64,000 bases of DNA, taken from NCBI RefSeq assembly GCF_006345805.1, contig NC_043006.1, positions 6,820,001 through 6,884,000 on the forward strand, written 5' to 3'. This document shows positions 63,479-64,000 of the stretch, in pieces. The notes under the pieces are model-generated. The model was not told the origin of the DNA and did not search any database. It worked only from the letters and a program-made list of their open reading frames with translations. The DNA is from Octopus sinensis. Its lineage: Eukaryota. How positions within the stretch are numbered: the stretch's first letter is position 1; each line of letters starts with the position of its first letter. A program made the translations under genes and the position numbers.

Positions 63479-63682
63479 TCGTTTACACGCCAGCTAAAAG
63501 GCTTGGCAGTATTTCGCCCGTCTCTAAGTTCTGAGTTCAAATGCCGCTGATGTGGACATTGTTTTTCATCCTTTCGAGGCACTTGATAAAATAAGTGCCA
63601 TTTGAGCACTGCGGCCGATGTAAACGACTTATACCCTCCATCAAAATAGCTGGCCTGTTCCAAAATTTGAAGCCAATATGCA
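63478..63682 (+). mobile_element. Old diverged SINE B subfamily copy directly behind the young copy
   Basis: aatcgtt..gttctgagttcaaat..catcctttcga..gatgtaaacgactta..gctggcc..caaaatttgaagccaat. Confidence 0.7.
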
Positions 63683-64000
63683 CAGTGCAGTTCCAATTGA
63701 GAATCAAAAATGTCTTCCTTACACAAGAACAGCTGTTTCTCAAGAGAAAAAGAAAACAACTTATCTATTAGTTAAGTAGATTTCGATGTAATGCAACTTA
63801 TACAAACAAAATTTCAAAGATAAAAACGACAATCGTTCCTATGAAGAAAAATAAACGTAACGGCATTTTTTAGACAATTCTGAGAAAAGTAATTGCGTAA
63901 TCAAATATATATACATATATCGACGTTGTTGCGTGGACAAATGCAGAAATATTTCGAACTAAACACTCATGTTTATTCAGCTCCACAATTCAACTCTGTA

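Overview
AT-rich (intronic or intergenic) animal DNA made almost entirely of microsatellites and transposon remnants. The SINE families and the (TA)n/(CA)n/(TATG)n load resemble an Octopus (cephalopod) genome; this is recognition, not a database result. I can recognise no host protein-coding exon, and most ORF-track entries are microsatellite or antisense artefacts. Recognisable elements: three mariner transposase relics, a decayed Helitron RepHel, two RTE LINE fragments, two R4/Dong-like LINE 3' fragments with a restriction-like endonuclease (REL), many Penelope-like element (PLE) fragments (RT, GIY-YIG, pseudo-LTRs), at least five modular tRNA-derived SINE types and one MITE-like foldback. 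The main signal is about 20 type I hammerhead ribozyme (HHR) motifs from several unrelated families. Many have palindromic stem III (dimer type), two families have a consistently non-canonical core, and many sit in fold-back palindromes. The most novel-looking items are three. First, a tRNA-headed, Pol III-type SINE-like element whose body carries a hammerhead (51.0-52.3 kb). Second, head-to-head fold-back SINE dimers with a shared junction geometry, suggesting SINEs mobilised by PLE machinery. Third, a rearrangement junction that falls exactly on a predicted hammerhead cleavage site (56868).
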